NCBI GenBank assembly: GCA_051294905.1
Contig: CM119375.1
Span: 17,980,001-18,044,000, forward strand
Origin: Botryllus schlosseri
Lineage: Eukaryota
Length of the DNA stretch: 64,000 nt
Direction of reading: 5' to 3'
Shown: piece by piece, positions 39,801-52,748 of the stretch
How positions within the stretch are numbered: the first letter of the stretch is position 1
Layout: the number at the start of each line of letters is the position of its first letter
Position numbers and translations under genes: made by a program
Notes under the pieces: generated by a model
What the model saw: the letters and a program-made list of their open reading frames with translations, nothing else
Databases searched by the model: none
What the model was told of the DNA's origin: nothing

Positions 39801-42800
39801 CAGGGTGTACGAAATGCATTGTGGAGTTAGGCCTATATGCTGTGGAATATTTTCCTGGCCAATTTATTCAACTGGAAAATAGTCTTCGCGCTACGTGCGA
39901 TTTTATGTGAATGGGCTTTCTGATTTTAATATAAGTAGGCTACCATCAGAAATTGTATTGAAAATGGGCAGTAGCTACGAGAAATCATATTGGAAGCACA
40001 GCGGGTACGATCGTCAAAAAAGGTTAAGAAGCAATGCTATTACTCTGGCTCAATAATGATTATATTCAAGTCGTTATTGATATGCTCCAATATTAATTGA
40101 AGGCAAAATCTAACGCTGATTTAATTTGACTTTGGCAATGGCAGTAACAATAGCCTATATTTATCACGACTATATCAAAACCAGGATTAGGCTTCACCGC
40201 TCGAATGCTCTGATATCAGATCAATCTTCAGTAGATTTTCAAATATTCTACATAAAATTGTGGCACGTCATAGGTTCACTAGCTTAAATATTATAACCCG
40301 ACAGTTTTACGATGTCATGATAATATCTATGATATCTATCACTCATTAATTAAAAGAATTATGCCCGGCACAAACACAATTTTATTAAAATATTTGAAAG
40401 TGTGATTTTTTCCGTGTCAAGCGTGAATAATACAATGGTAAATTACATTTCCACGATGTTTGTGGAATGCTTGCCTGCAGGGTCCCGTCAAATACGGCCT
40501 ACTAGGAAATTATACATAGAATATCCCTAGAATTGATGCTGCGGACAGCAGTGTCATCAAAAACTTGGAATTTGGCCCGCGAGGACATTTGAGTTTGGGA
40601 GCGGTAAGCATACAACAGCAACAGATCAAATATTGTTATTGAAATCATCTGTCATTAAACCTGGATTGTTGTAGTACAGAATGAGTGAATTTTCGGTGAA
40701 CTTGAATCTAGTAATTCCTTATCTTCGTTTAATCAGGAGCTCTATTCGACCATAAAATTACACTGGTCTAAGAATTTCACAAAGATTTCGCCCCAATAAT
40801 TTCATTGATTGATACAGGCTAACTTTAGGTTGCTGAATCCCATTTTGTCGTCAGAATTTCTCTATCACGTCAAAGTTTTTCGGTATCTATTTTTCTCATT
40901 TTAATAAATTAATCAAATCTAGGCTTTCGTTAGTGACATTACGGTCAGCAAACAACGGCAACAGATCAAATATTGTTATTGAGATCATCTGTAACGTTGA
41001 AACCTGGGTTGTTGTAGAACAGAATAACTGAGTTTTCGTTGAACTTGAATCCAGTAGTTTTCTATCTTCTTTCGATCAGGACATCTTTTCGACCTATCAA
41101 TTTATACGTGGATGCAACTATTTTTAGTCGGTAGCAGTTATCATCTTTATACATCACTCTTCGTTTAAAGATTGTTATTAGTAGCTCCGTACCTAATTTA
41201 GTTCCTGACGTTATCTATCTGTGTACATCCGTCCTGCAGACTTAATCGGTCAATGCATTTAGTGACGGCACACTGCTCTTTCGTAAAACGTAGAAGTTTT
41301 CAAACAACAAACTTTGTATTGTTGGTATATTACGTTGAAGAAATTGTTCACTCTGGTACATAACCCGAATATGTGGCCCTTTAAACTTGTTTTAAAATTA
41401 AAAGGAACAGGATGTCTGCTTTTCCAAAGAAAAAAGTGCTTCATGATAATTTGAAAGAAGTTATCATCATTAAGCTCCACCTGTACTTATCATGCTAATT
41501 CTTATTCTCCAGTTTCCATATATTGTCACATTTTACCGGAATCGAGGAAAGTTGTTTCTGAAGTGTTTTTCTTTTGGTTTATTGCCATGATATAAAAGGC
41601 TTCCTTTACATTGCCTATTATAGGCAACCAGATGAATGAAGACTGGTTCCTAACAGCTCAACACGATTGAAATAAATATGCATTGGTTCTAGGACAGTCG
41701 ATCTCTCTCGACATAGGACAGTCTTTGACCTACACCAAATACCACGTGTTCTAAGCTGGAACAGAGCCAGAGATTAGCATTGGTTAATTTCGACGCTCTT
41801 TGTAAGTGTTTTGCATGATCAAACGCCAGTTCTAAATACAAAAAGCTTTACATTTTTGGTGGTTTCTGATTTGCCGTAATATTTTATTATGAACTATAGT
41901 CGATCGAAGTGATCAGCGTTGCTACTCAAGTAGCACAAGTAACGCCTTCCATTTATACTCAGTTACCAGTAGAAGTAGTCATTTCTTAGACATGTCAAAA
42001 CTACTTCAAGTGGAAGACGAAATGAAAGGTATTAGGATTATTAAAAGTCAATAAATATGCAAGCATACTTGATCGGGTGAAGGGTGGTCGCACACTCTTA
42101 ACAGTTCGGAGGTGGCTACATACGAAATCGCAAGATGTATCGCCGTATATGACGCAAAATGACCTTAGTGACACCACCCAAGGGTAAAATCGCCGACAAA
42201 ATATATTCAGTTACCGTGATTCAGAGGCTATTTTACTCGTTTTTATGACAATTGAACTAATGACAATGGTGCAATATTATCCCGAAACTACTTTCTACTT
42301 TACAAAAACCAAATTGCAAAAGTAATTAGTTCATCCAGAACACTGTTTATGTGGATGTTGAAGTAGTTGTGAAACATTACCACTTCAGGAAGTACTGCTA
42401 GCAGCAAAAATCTACTTGAGTACCTCGAAAAATTAGAAATATTCAACATATACAATATCTCAAAAACGTGACGTGATGGAGCAAAAATAACGTCAGATTC
42501 GTATTCAGCACCCCCAAATTAGGTATAATTGACCCGAAGAAGTCCTGGCGCAAAAATCGTGTAGACTAGTGTTATTGATCGTTTGCTATGGAATAGAATT
42601 ATTTATCGCATAATTTCAAAAATTTCGAATAAATCTCTCGCGGCACACTTGAGAGACGTAAATGGCACACCGGTTGAGAACCACTGATATACACTGATGG
42701 TTCTTATAAAATACGCGACAATGCTTCTTCTCGATGCAATATGAAAACCTACTTCACGATCATACGTCATTCCGATCCACGCGTGGAAAAACCCAACAGC

Positions 42801-43441
42801 CGATGCAAATTGCCGCATGTTTGCGGTCATCATGTAGTAGTGATCCTCCGAATAAATATCCGCCATTCTGCCGCCTTGGGAAACGCAGATCTTCCTAGCA
42901 TAGTCGCAGCCTATTCCATCGAAGCCAGTTTCGACCCAAAAACATTTACCCTTGTATACCATTTGACAGATATTCGTCGGCGCTACAAATAAGGATAAAT
43001 ATCTGAGTCTTACGATAGGTTAGGCTTATAATTCAATGTATCATATTTCGAAAATCCTGGTATAAAGAAAGATAGACAAAATAGTTACTTTCGCTCCCCA
43101 GGCGCTTCACTTTCGCCGTCAAAGTTTCCAACAAGATTGACAGAACTTCCACTTCACGCGAATAATTTCTCAAACCTCGGAAAAAGACACATCTTGTCAT
43201 TGTCGGCTTATAATTCCCTCAATTCACGTGACTCACCTAAACCCGCCATCTCTAAAGTCATTACGGCGCTGTTGCTGGTGTCTGGAATAGCTTGGGATTG
43301 ATCATCGGTGCTGGTCGACGAGAGAATTTCCTGTTCCGAACATGCAGCTTGGTGAGCATTGCGGAGTCTCTGGCACCATGGATTGGAAAGCGCGTGCGCT
43401 TGTGCCACCAGCAACAGGGTGACGTATTCGAAACACTTCAT
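36886..43441 (-). CDS. Secreted C-type lectin-domain protein with Ser/Thr stalk and coiled neck, 236 aa, 4 coding exons
   Basis: complement(join(43237-43441,43089-43175,42753-42982,36886-37074)); phases 1,1,0; 711 nt. Signal peptide MKCFEYVTLLLVAQAHA; CTLD marks ICQMVYKGKCF, KICVSQGGRMADI, AWIGM, RLSNG...KWHPG, GVICE. Confidence 0.9.
37130..37699 (+). mobile_element. Buster-type hAT deletion derivative with transposase C-terminal remnant
   Basis: CAGGGACGGGCAA ... TTACCCGCCCCTG; perfect TSD ctttacca; 37286-37498 translates FANLRKMIMK*LALFGCT...ITDVHVQSLLRVCT..MQPEFKELV (GTF2IRD2-like C-terminus); short tandem duplication at about 37170-37275. Confidence 0.9.
37834..38046. mobile_element. MITE, same family as 22135-22318 (nested)
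   Basis: CAATGTTCCCTCTAA ... GGAACAGTG; collinear with 22135-22318. Confidence 0.8.
39083..40601. mobile_element. Nested 1.5-kb hAT (GGCCCGCG family) with damaged right TIR
   Basis: CAGAGGTCTCAAA...GGCCCGCG left end; GGCCCGCG...GAGTTTGGGAG right end; perfect TSD cggtaagc; empty-site paralog at about 40908-40976. Confidence 0.8.
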
Positions 43442-44414
43442 TGCTCTCGCTGGTGATTGTGGGCACGGCGCTAACAATCGTCCTTTCACAGATAGCTAAA
43501 TCGTCACCATTAGATTACAGATCGCGTATCATCGATGAAAGGAGGATCTTATCCGGAACTCTCGACACCGATCGAAGCCTATACTGCACGTTACGGCGCC
43601 TATACCCCAAATGAAGTAGAAGCTTGATAACACAGGTACCGGAAATCATTAAAATTGTGTGAGCCATTTGTCACCGAAAGTCGTGCAGCCTACTCCTTTT
43701 CACCCGCCGCTTTTGCATTATCGACAAGACTTGAATAACTAGAAGTTATATGGTGGTATGATAAGATTAAACTTGAGCGAAATGCCAGTAATCTAATTTG
43801 TGGAATGTTTATATGCTCTAATTTTGACTCTCCCCTAATTTGGAAATATTGTGTAGCTCTAATTCTCCTTCTTAGCTAATTTGGAAAACGGAATATATTC
43901 TAGTTGTCTAAGTCTTTTAATGACACAAGCACACACACATTTAGGTATAGAATTTGCAATTATCAAATAAATTCTCGAATTTGCGTAATGGCCTAGCAAT
44001 TTTCATTTAAACCTATCGAAACCGGATAAACTTCTGATATTCCTGGTCAAGTACCAACACATTTCAAATTGTGCTTTTCGATATACATGGATAACAATAC
44101 CCGATGCAAATAGTTTTGTCTTTTATCAATGAGACTGAATGTAGATATTTACTATATGTCAAATATCTGTTAATCGATTATTTGGAATTAGAAGCACACA
44201 TGGCACGAGCTTTGTGAGCATTGTTTTGGTATATTCATGGTGTTGGTCCATATCATATAAAAATCTTTCATCATATAAAGCCAAATGCTCGATTGAATTG
44301 TGTAGAAAAAAGGCACTGGTATTCATCCAGGCCGTTGCTTTCGCCCGTTTTTGGTTAGAGGATGCAATCATCCGAGGATATTTCACTCACATAATTGATG
44401 CAGACTGTAGGATA

Positions 44415-44920
44415 TGACAGAGAGACAGTTTTTATTGAGCAAAAAATTACATTCAAAAACAAAATACATGTTGCAGCGATACGGTTCCTTAGGGACCATC
44501 TAGTCAGCTGCAGCGATGGAGTACAAAAATCGTCTTTTAATAGAGTCTCGCGTCAAGAATAAATTAAAAACAGGTAGAACAGTGGTAAGTTGGAACAACA
44601 ACAGAGTAACAGGCAACAATAATAAAGAAGTAAACTAAAGAATGAAATGCAATGAAAACAAAAAATAAATAGAAGATGGATAAATGTACGGAGTTGTCAG
44701 TTCAAATTATGAAAAAGAAACAATTTGGCAACATAAGATTATCTAATCCAATATACGGCAATTACAATGCAAATCTAACTAACTTCAATATGACAAGAGT
44801 AAATGAGATTTAAATTCGCGACAAAAGGCTGAAAAAGACATTTCCCTCATGGCTAAAGGAATGTCATTCCATATTTTTGGTCCATGATATATGATTGATC
44901 TGCGGCAAGAAAACTAAACA
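44415..44920 (-). mobile_element. 3' fragment of a CR1/L2-type LINE
   Basis: Minus translation SIIYHGPKIWNDIPLAMREMSFSAFCREFKSHLLLSY* (stop at 44785-44787), typical of CR1/L2/Crack ORF2 C-termini; followed by an AT-rich 3' UTR ending near AATAAA. Confidence 0.7.
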
Positions 44921-46036
44921 TGGCATTTACTATCAGCTATAGGTCCAATGCCCCATTCAGCTTATCCAGTGTGACCTAAAACACCTATACGCTCGATAAT
45001 TTGAATAAAGATGAAGATCTTAGGGATAGCAGACCTAATGATGAAGATTTTGAAATCGAAGTTGATTCAGAACGCAGAGTAGTCCATCAACACGAATTAT
45101 TGATTTGACATAAGCTTTGGGACTTGGAATAGAAGGAATCTTAGGAACTTTTAACATCCTTACGAAGTGAGAAAAGATTACTTGGCAAAGTAGAGAAGGT
45201 ATCTCATTTTCGATCAGGAGAAACGGACTCTTTTCGTAGGCCTACTTTCGGTAGCTTCGAGTATTGCCATGATACTGGCATTGGCATGATACCGTTACCA
45301 TGGATTACTGGAGGAGTTAGGAATACCGATTTAGAGTTTAAGTGAATGGCAAACGCCTCTAGGTAGCCCAAAAAGGATCCTTAATTGTGGCAGTAACAAT
45401 TGCACACTCAGTTAGTCTTCGTGAATTATACAGAAACATTGAGTATATTACAGAAACATTGAATTGTTGCAATATCACGAGCACGATTGGATCATATGTG
45501 TCAGCTTTAAAATATTGTGTTTTCTTGGTGGTCAGACAATAAGAATGCACATTGCACATGAAACCCTGACACACATGCGTCACTGCCATATGTTTGTGTC
45601 GGAAAGCAGACATTCAAAAAAGTTACAATGTCAGAATAATTCCCTAAAAACCTTGACATAATCAGATATGGGCAAGGAGAAAATGTCTCCTAACATCTGA
45701 AGATGATGGGAGCAAGTTACCAGAATAGATTGAAGCTTACATATGTTAGCTGACTATTTCTCGAGTATCAAACTAGACAACCTACAAAATTATATGTTAT
45801 AAGCCTAAATTTGGACCCTGAAACTCGCACTGTCCGGTAGAAGCAATGTTAGTTTAAATCAATCAAATAAAGCAGTGCAAATGTTTATTTGAAGTCTGTT
45901 GAATTACTTTCGACTGCTTGTGGTTTTTTAAACGTTTGATGCACTAAACACAAAATATTAAAAGTAGTGATATTATGTGGGTTATGAGACAATGTGGTGG
46001 GTGCATAACCCAAAAACATGACGTGATAGAGAAAGA

Positions 46037-47992
46037 CAGGGTTGTAATGACTCGAGTCACGATTTTTTTGGGACTCGACTTGACTCGAGTCATTTTCTTG
46101 AAATGGGAGTCATTACGCATGACTCGACCCAAGTCATTGACTCGGCTTATTATATATGACTTGTAGATGAAGAAATTTGCGAATCGTAATGTCTAGATCA
46201 ACGCATCTGACGAATTCTGCCGACATCGCTATTTGTCACCACTGCTTTCGTTGCACTCTTCTTATATCAGATATGCCGCCGGGAAAACAACAGACAATGG
46301 TACATAGTAGCAATGCATTGTACAAAATCATCGAGTGATGAAGAGGTAATAGTTCATCCGCAATCAAAGTACTCAAGACTTTTCAATTATACAAGCAAAC
46401 AGTCGAAGCAAAGTTCAATTAGAGCCAATGAAATGACTCAGATGGTCAAGTACTTGGAGGAGACTGATAAGCTCATGTGTAGATTTAAAGGCGATGATTC
46501 TTTATATTTTTGGGCGACTAGAAAGAATGAGTTACCAATGCTCTTAAGTGTGGTTCAAAAATGCTTGTCAATACCTGCATCTAGTGAACCAGTGGAACGT
46601 GTATTCAGTAGATGTGGATGTATTCTAAGGTCATGCCGCTTTAGCATATCTGAGGATCTCCTTTCCACTTTAGTATTTTTGAAGTGTAGGCTACCTCATT
46701 GATTTGATCTGCTGTCTGTGAGAACACACAATACCCTCCGTCCATTTGACGTTTTGTTAGGTATGTGCATTGTGCAGGTGAGTAATAATGAATGGCTAAT
46801 GTTTGTACAATAGGGCTGTTCAAACATGACTTATTTTTATTTTACTGGGTGGCTACTTGATAAAATTGTTATGTTGAATAAAAAGAACACTGAATCTGGC
46901 CTAATTTTAAAACGTATAGAATCAATGATATGAGAGGAGAAAATTTTGGATTTGAAAATAAATGGGGTATTTTTAGTGAGAAATTCTTTCATATAATATA
47001 ATTACAATCTAGTAGTAAGCCGACTATTTTTTCATATCCAAAATATTCCACTCTAATAACTTCGCTTCTTCTAGTTGGAATTGAGCCAAATTTGCTATGA
47101 ATCATATTTCACACAATCTAACAATATCATGAGGCAGCCGGTAAAATTACAAAATCTCTATTTGCAATTGATCCAAAATTTCCTCTCAAAGCATTGCTTT
47201 CTACTGGTTGTAATTGAGCCAAAAAAGTTTTTTTAGGCAATCTAGCAATTTTAAGAAGTAGCCTCGTTTTTGCGATTTTGCCCTCTTTTTCTGAGAATTT
47301 TTGTTAAATTTAGGGCAAATTCGACTAAGACACAGTAAATTAGCACTGAAGTAACGCTCCGGCGGCTATTTTGGGAACTGAGCAGGAAAGTTGACCTTTT
47401 TTTAGTCAACCACCTGATAATGTGAAAGAAAAACTGTACCTCTGCATAAACATGCATCTGTTGATTCTATATCAGCTGGTAGACGTGAATTCGTTGGTTC
47501 TCTATAAGCTATTTGTAAGCTGTCGTCGATGTGCTCGTAATAAAAACTGAATGTTTGTATTTGTGATGGATCAGACTGAAAAGACTGATATTTTAATAAA
47601 AGTTCTAAGATTAGTAATGTTATCATATTGGCGGCCTGTCTCGTCTATTTGTAGCATCGGTAAATGCGGCCAGGAACTGTCCGTTATCTGTCTAAATAAA
47701 CATGTGCCAAGACTCTGATTGGGACAAAATAAGCATGTTTGGCAAGCAAGGAATTCGATATCACCCAAGCAGGTTTGAAAACATAAGTTGAACATGACTT
47801 CGATACTGTGACTTGGACTTGGACTCGGACTCGAGTCATAACACCATGACTCGGACTTGGCCCTTGAAACGATGACTTGGATTCGGACTCGACTCGGCGA
47901 TGAATTGAAAATGACTCGACTTGACTCGAGTCAAAACCACAAAAGTAAGATTGACTCGTGACTCGGAACCGTGTGACTTGGTTACGACCCTG
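46037..47992 (+). mobile_element. Internally deleted hAT transposon (GACTCGAGTC family)
   Basis: TIRs CAGGGTTGTAA ... GTTACGACCCTG; perfect TSD gagaaaga; carries a hATC-domain ORF; other repeats inserted at about 46810-47430. Confidence 0.92.
46313..46702 (+). pseudogene. hAT C-terminal dimerization domain remnant (129-aa ORF)
   Basis: DSLYFWATRKNELPMLLSVVQKCLSIPASSEPVERVFSRCGCILRSCRFSISEDLLSTLVFLK matches the hATC consensus; no catalytic core present. Confidence 0.88.
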
Positions 47993-48039
47993 GAGAAAGA
48001 CGAAGTCATTTTTGAATGCAGCGCCCAAAAGTCAGTCAA

Positions 48040-48919
48040 AATCAATTGTCTGATCAAAGTCAACAAAATTTGTGTTGACCAGTGATATCAGTCTTGAGAT
48101 GACCCGAGCCATTATTTGACCTGGTCAACAACTCTAACATGACTTTACTTTACTCGGGCTAGAAGTCTGAGTAAGATGAAATGACTCGTGAAGCTGAGTC
48201 AACATTGAAGGGATCTAATATTCTATATCTATCGATCTATATTAATGGTTCCATTGCACACCGATTAAAAACCACTGTTCTACATAGTAAAGCAGTTTGA
48301 ACCTCCAAACCGCTCTTCGGATTGTCCACGCCATCAATGCTAATACATATAAAACTGGATTTCATTTACGTTAACGATAAGGTTCATTTCATCAGCAGCT
48401 CCAGACTGCCATGGCTGGCAATATAAAATGACTACTTCATGCATAAAATGCAGTAAAAATGCAGCTTCATGCAGTAAATCCTAGTTTTCACTCGAGACAT
48501 TTCAACTCACCGCTGAGTCATGTCCGAGTTCAAGTCAGGGAGCAAATTGCCGAGTCCGAGCCACAATGTTGAAATTTGAGTCAGAATCTTAGTCATATCG
48601 TCAACTGTTTATTATCGTGATCAATTCAGGTTCAGCTCACTCCTGGTGATATCGAAGGCCTGGTATTCATAATATACTCAATTTTCACACTCTTAACATG
48701 TTTATTCAATAAGATAAGTGAAGTGAAAAGTGCCAAGATAAGTGAAATTTCTTGGCATATTTGTCAAGTGTCGGTACTGATACACGATGCATGAATCGAG
48801 TCAAATAAGCTGTCTTGATCAGGACATGACTCGAGCACAAGTCGAGTCATCTTCATTTCTGGAAAATGAACCAACTCAAGTCGAGTCAATGAAAAATGAC
48901 TCGATTTATTACAACCCTG
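48040..48919. mobile_element. Degenerate GACTCGA-family hAT remnant (right end only)
   Basis: Ends ...gactcgatttATTACAACCCTG; GAGTC arrays; left TIR and TSD not found. Confidence 0.5.
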
Positions 48920-49995
48920 AATTTAATAAGTTAGTTTCGTTTGTATGAAACTATTTGAGTCTCCGCAAACCGGTATCCCTGCGTATATCACTATGTCTGA
49001 ATATATCTTTGGTTACATGCGGCATTGCAAAGAGGATTTACCAGAATTTGGCGATAAGTTACTGAGCACGCTGTTTAGTAAGTCAGTTGTTGAGTTAGAA
49101 TACACAAGACTCTAGAGTAGTGGTTCTCAAACTTTCTTAGACACGCCCCTTGATGATAGTGGAAAAGTTCGTGCCCCACTTATCGCCACATTAAAAAACA
49201 ACTGAAAAGAGCAAAAAATGTATTTGCGATCCCAACGCAGAGTGTGATAGAATTTAAGGTTATGACGTTCCGGAGACCTCTCCAATATGAAATTCGGACT
49301 ATACACAGTAGGGCGGAGCATGGACCGGAGCCGGATTGGATATACTGCCGAACTTTTTCATTTTTGGCCTGTGCCGTATCAGAACTTTTTCTGATACTGC
49401 CGGAGCCAGATAGGAGCCGGATCAGTACTTATTTGATACGGCTAGAATCGGTTTGGTTAAGCATGACTTTTGTAACTAAATAACTACCAACCACACGCCG
49501 GTAACCGCCAAGCCTGTGCGAAAATAAACGAGCCATATTTATTAATTCAAGGAGTCACCGCGCCGTACCGAATTCTGTGCAGTCATCACAACACTCATTT
49601 TCTAACTAGGGATTTTCCCTCCGATATTCTACTTTCGGTGTGCAGTGTAATGATCTGTGTTATCAAAGAAAGTAAGAGCTCTCTATTCAGAAGAGAAACT
49701 GAACGTCGAGGATATCAAGGGCAATAAAATAAATAAAATAAAAGTGAAGTATGGAACAATTTTACCTTGCTGAATCGCACCTTTGAAGATAATTATTCTG
49801 TATTTGTTTTGTGTCGCTAGTGTCATGGTGGCACATTCAAACGACAGAAAGATCAGTGGCACATCACATTTATGCACCCATATTAAAGATAGATGCATTG
49901 TATCCCAAAATACAGCATCAGGGCAATCTATGCGATGTCATCTTTTGTGAGAAACAAAAAGATCTGCTCCGTTGCAAAGTAGGCTAATGCCAAAG

Positions 49996-50800
49996 TAAGG
50001 GCTGCCATACGTCCGTAATTTCACTGTTTATACTGCGTCCGGAAGGAAATGCTGAAACATGCTTAAATGTCCAGAATTTTGAAGGCTTGAAGGGAACTGA
50101 AATTTTTTTCATAAATCAACATAAACCATATCATATTTTGGGGGAGATTTATGCCAGTTGAAAGTTTTCTTCGCGCTGCGCGCGATTTAGTATCATATCT
50201 GGATACACCTGACCTCTCTAAAACTACAATAAAAATAAATTAGGATAACTATCATTTACTGTAATAAGACTGATTCCAATCGAAATTATAAGAGAGCTGT
50301 ATATTCCTAGTGTCGGTGAAGCCGTTGGATGCTTTAATCAAATATAGTGGTGCTGAAGCTTGGCGTCGTTTGACCTTTTCTGGACATCGCAAAGATGTTT
50401 AACTCGACTTTCGACATAGACCGTGAGTAAGAAGTCTGCACAAAGGTGCATGCTGACCTTTAGTTTAGTAATCTAAACAGCTTACCATATTTTGAGGTGG
50501 GCCACATTTAATGCAGTCGCGACCATAAAAGGTTGGAAACCACCGGATGAGCAACCTGCCGTTGCGGATCGGCATTTAGGCTCGTATGCAGTCATATCCG
50601 TGTGACATGAACATGAATTAGCAATTTACAATTACTTTCCCTGCATTTTGAAAGTCATCTCATCATCTCCACCAGCTCTACAGCTAACTTTGACCACGTG
50701 GGCTGAGAAAGGATAAAAATTTTATACTGATACATGGAAAAGCCAATATTATTGACAGAATTCATTCACAAAATTTAACAACCAGATGCACATAGTAACC
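49996..50800. mobile_element. Left part of a Blackjack-like element (nested)
   Basis: AGGGCTGCCATACGTCCG start; collinear with 14656-15500. Confidence 0.7.
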
Positions 50801-51150
50801 CAACCAGAAGTTGCATTGGTCACCCCAAACGAGTGTTTTGGGGGCGACAGTTGGCCTAAAAGCGTTGTTTACGGTCCTTGCTACAACACACCGATCCAAC
50901 AGTATAGCAGGGCTGTTAAACACACGGCCGGCGGACTAGACTCTTTCATCTGTTCCGTGAAGAAGTCTGTGGCAAACGAAATGAGAATACCGAACCTAAA
51001 AATCACCTGAGCTCGAGATGGCCCAATTCAGGATCTATAGTTTAAAAAATCTAATCCTGTATACAATCGATAGGCAAAGCAGTGCCATTGATCGACATTG
51101 AGTTTTCCTTCAATACCAGCATCTAATGCTGCCAGTGAGTGACTATTTAG

Positions 51151-52748
51151 TAGGGATGGTGTGAACGCGAGGTTCACGTTCGCGTTCTGTGTGTGAACCT
51201 CGGAAATTTAGAGGTTCGCGTTCACAACAGAACCTTGGTAGGTTCTACACTGTGAACCTTTTTCATATATTACAATTTTCACTTCGTTACAACATCTTTG
51301 GTTCATATTTATTGCATTTCAACTGCGGGGCACTCCATGCATGGCGTTGGCAGCATTAAAAATCAACACTAAACGAGCATGCACCTTGACAATCTCATAT
51401 GTTTTACTTGCTTTGTTACAAAAGTTTGCTCGAAACATCCAGGTTTCCGTTTGTGACTCTCTGTTGTGAGTTTTCCCCGCCATCAAAAACATCACGAGCA
51501 AAATACGCAGTAAGCGAATGATTCTTATTCAACCAATCAATGAAATTGATATCGTTTTCTGATGAAAAAAAATCTAGCAGGCGTGCGGGGTCAATCTTGA
51601 CTTCGTATCTTTACTGCATCATTGAAACCAAATCCGTGCGATTGAGGTGTTGGCCACTGCTGTATAGTGTACAACTTTTGTAGCAAGTATATAGAAACCT
51701 GTTTTACATTCAGCTCAATATCAATGTAGCGATACTCTGACGCCGAATACATTGTCCGGTCTGGTCTCGACCGTTATGGCGTAAGTTTATGTTCACTGGT
51801 AAGTACTCGTCGAAATTGTTGGCAAAGCGACCTAAAATATTGATTTTATGGGAGTATTATATCCTTTAATTGCCTCAGTTGATACATTTAGGGCAAAGAT
51901 AATAAAGTTGGATTAGCAATAAAGTCGATTAGCGCGTTCGTCAGGATTTATCAACCCAGGATTAAGGAAACCGGTTGATCGCGGCGCATAAAGTTAGTGT
52001 TAATCTCATGATTCAACAAACTGGAACAACTATAGATTTCTAGTTATCTATAGAAACTGCGTACCATTCCTACGTCTAATTATTCCCGATAATGACCGTG
52101 CCGATTGTCTCCTAGGTTATGGCTTCACTAAACAATCAACGAATTATGTAGGACTACCCGCCATTGCAAAGCGATATCCGTTTCTTAGCTGTACCGTACT
52201 AATTGGTCACGACTTTCATTTCGCGATGATGATAATTCTACCTATTACAGTGGCAGTATCGTCGTTAGCAGCCTGCTGTTTCAGTATGGAGATTGTGGGA
52301 TCTCTAGTTTTATTCACCAACTAGCAGCCAATATATAACGCATTTTCGCATTATGATGTAACAGATAACGCCACTTGATTGAAAACTCGGGACACCGCGA
52401 CTAACCATCGCGCGTAAGGCGTAACCCTTTTCCCCTTCATGCGTCGCGATTAGCAGTATTTAATCACACGATTAGCATTCTCCCGAATCAGCTAACTTAA
52501 TTATCTCCGCACTCAGCGACGTTTAAAACACCAATATGTACTTCGCCATTGTGGCATTATGTATAGCCCGAGTCGTCACTAGGTATCGTGTACATTAGTA
52601 GGGTATCACTTCATTGAAAGATAGGGTTGGAATTAGCAATATGACGTCACGTGACGTCATGAGGTTCACGTTCGTGTTCACACAGAACCTTTCAAAAAGG
52701 TTCGCGTTCACACGAACCTGAACCTTTCAGAGGTTCACACCATCCCTA
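51151..52748. mobile_element. 1.6-kb Ac-type non-autonomous hAT (nested)
   Basis: TIRs TAGGGATGGTGTGAAC ... GTTCACACCATCCCTA; perfect TSD ctatttag; GTTCAC/GTTCGCG arrays. Confidence 0.94.

Larger units (their letters stand above)
37715..42686. mobile_element. 5.0-kb composite non-autonomous Buster/Charlie-like hAT filling lectin-2 intron 3
   Basis: TIRs CAGTGGTTCTCAACC ... GGTTGAGAACCACTG with tctcgcggcacact motifs at both ends; perfect TSD atatacac (37707-37714, 42687-42694). Confidence 0.88.

Noticed and set aside
45359-45613. Cys/His-containing ORF as a possible LINE ORF1 PHD finger
   Set aside because: Ligand spacing does not fit a PHD finger, and linkage to the LINE fragment at 44415-44920 is not demonstrable.
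46037-48919. CRISPR-like appearance of short repeated GACTCGAGTC motifs
   Set aside because: Irregular spacing, no constant repeat-spacer period, eukaryotic context; these are hAT subterminal arrays.
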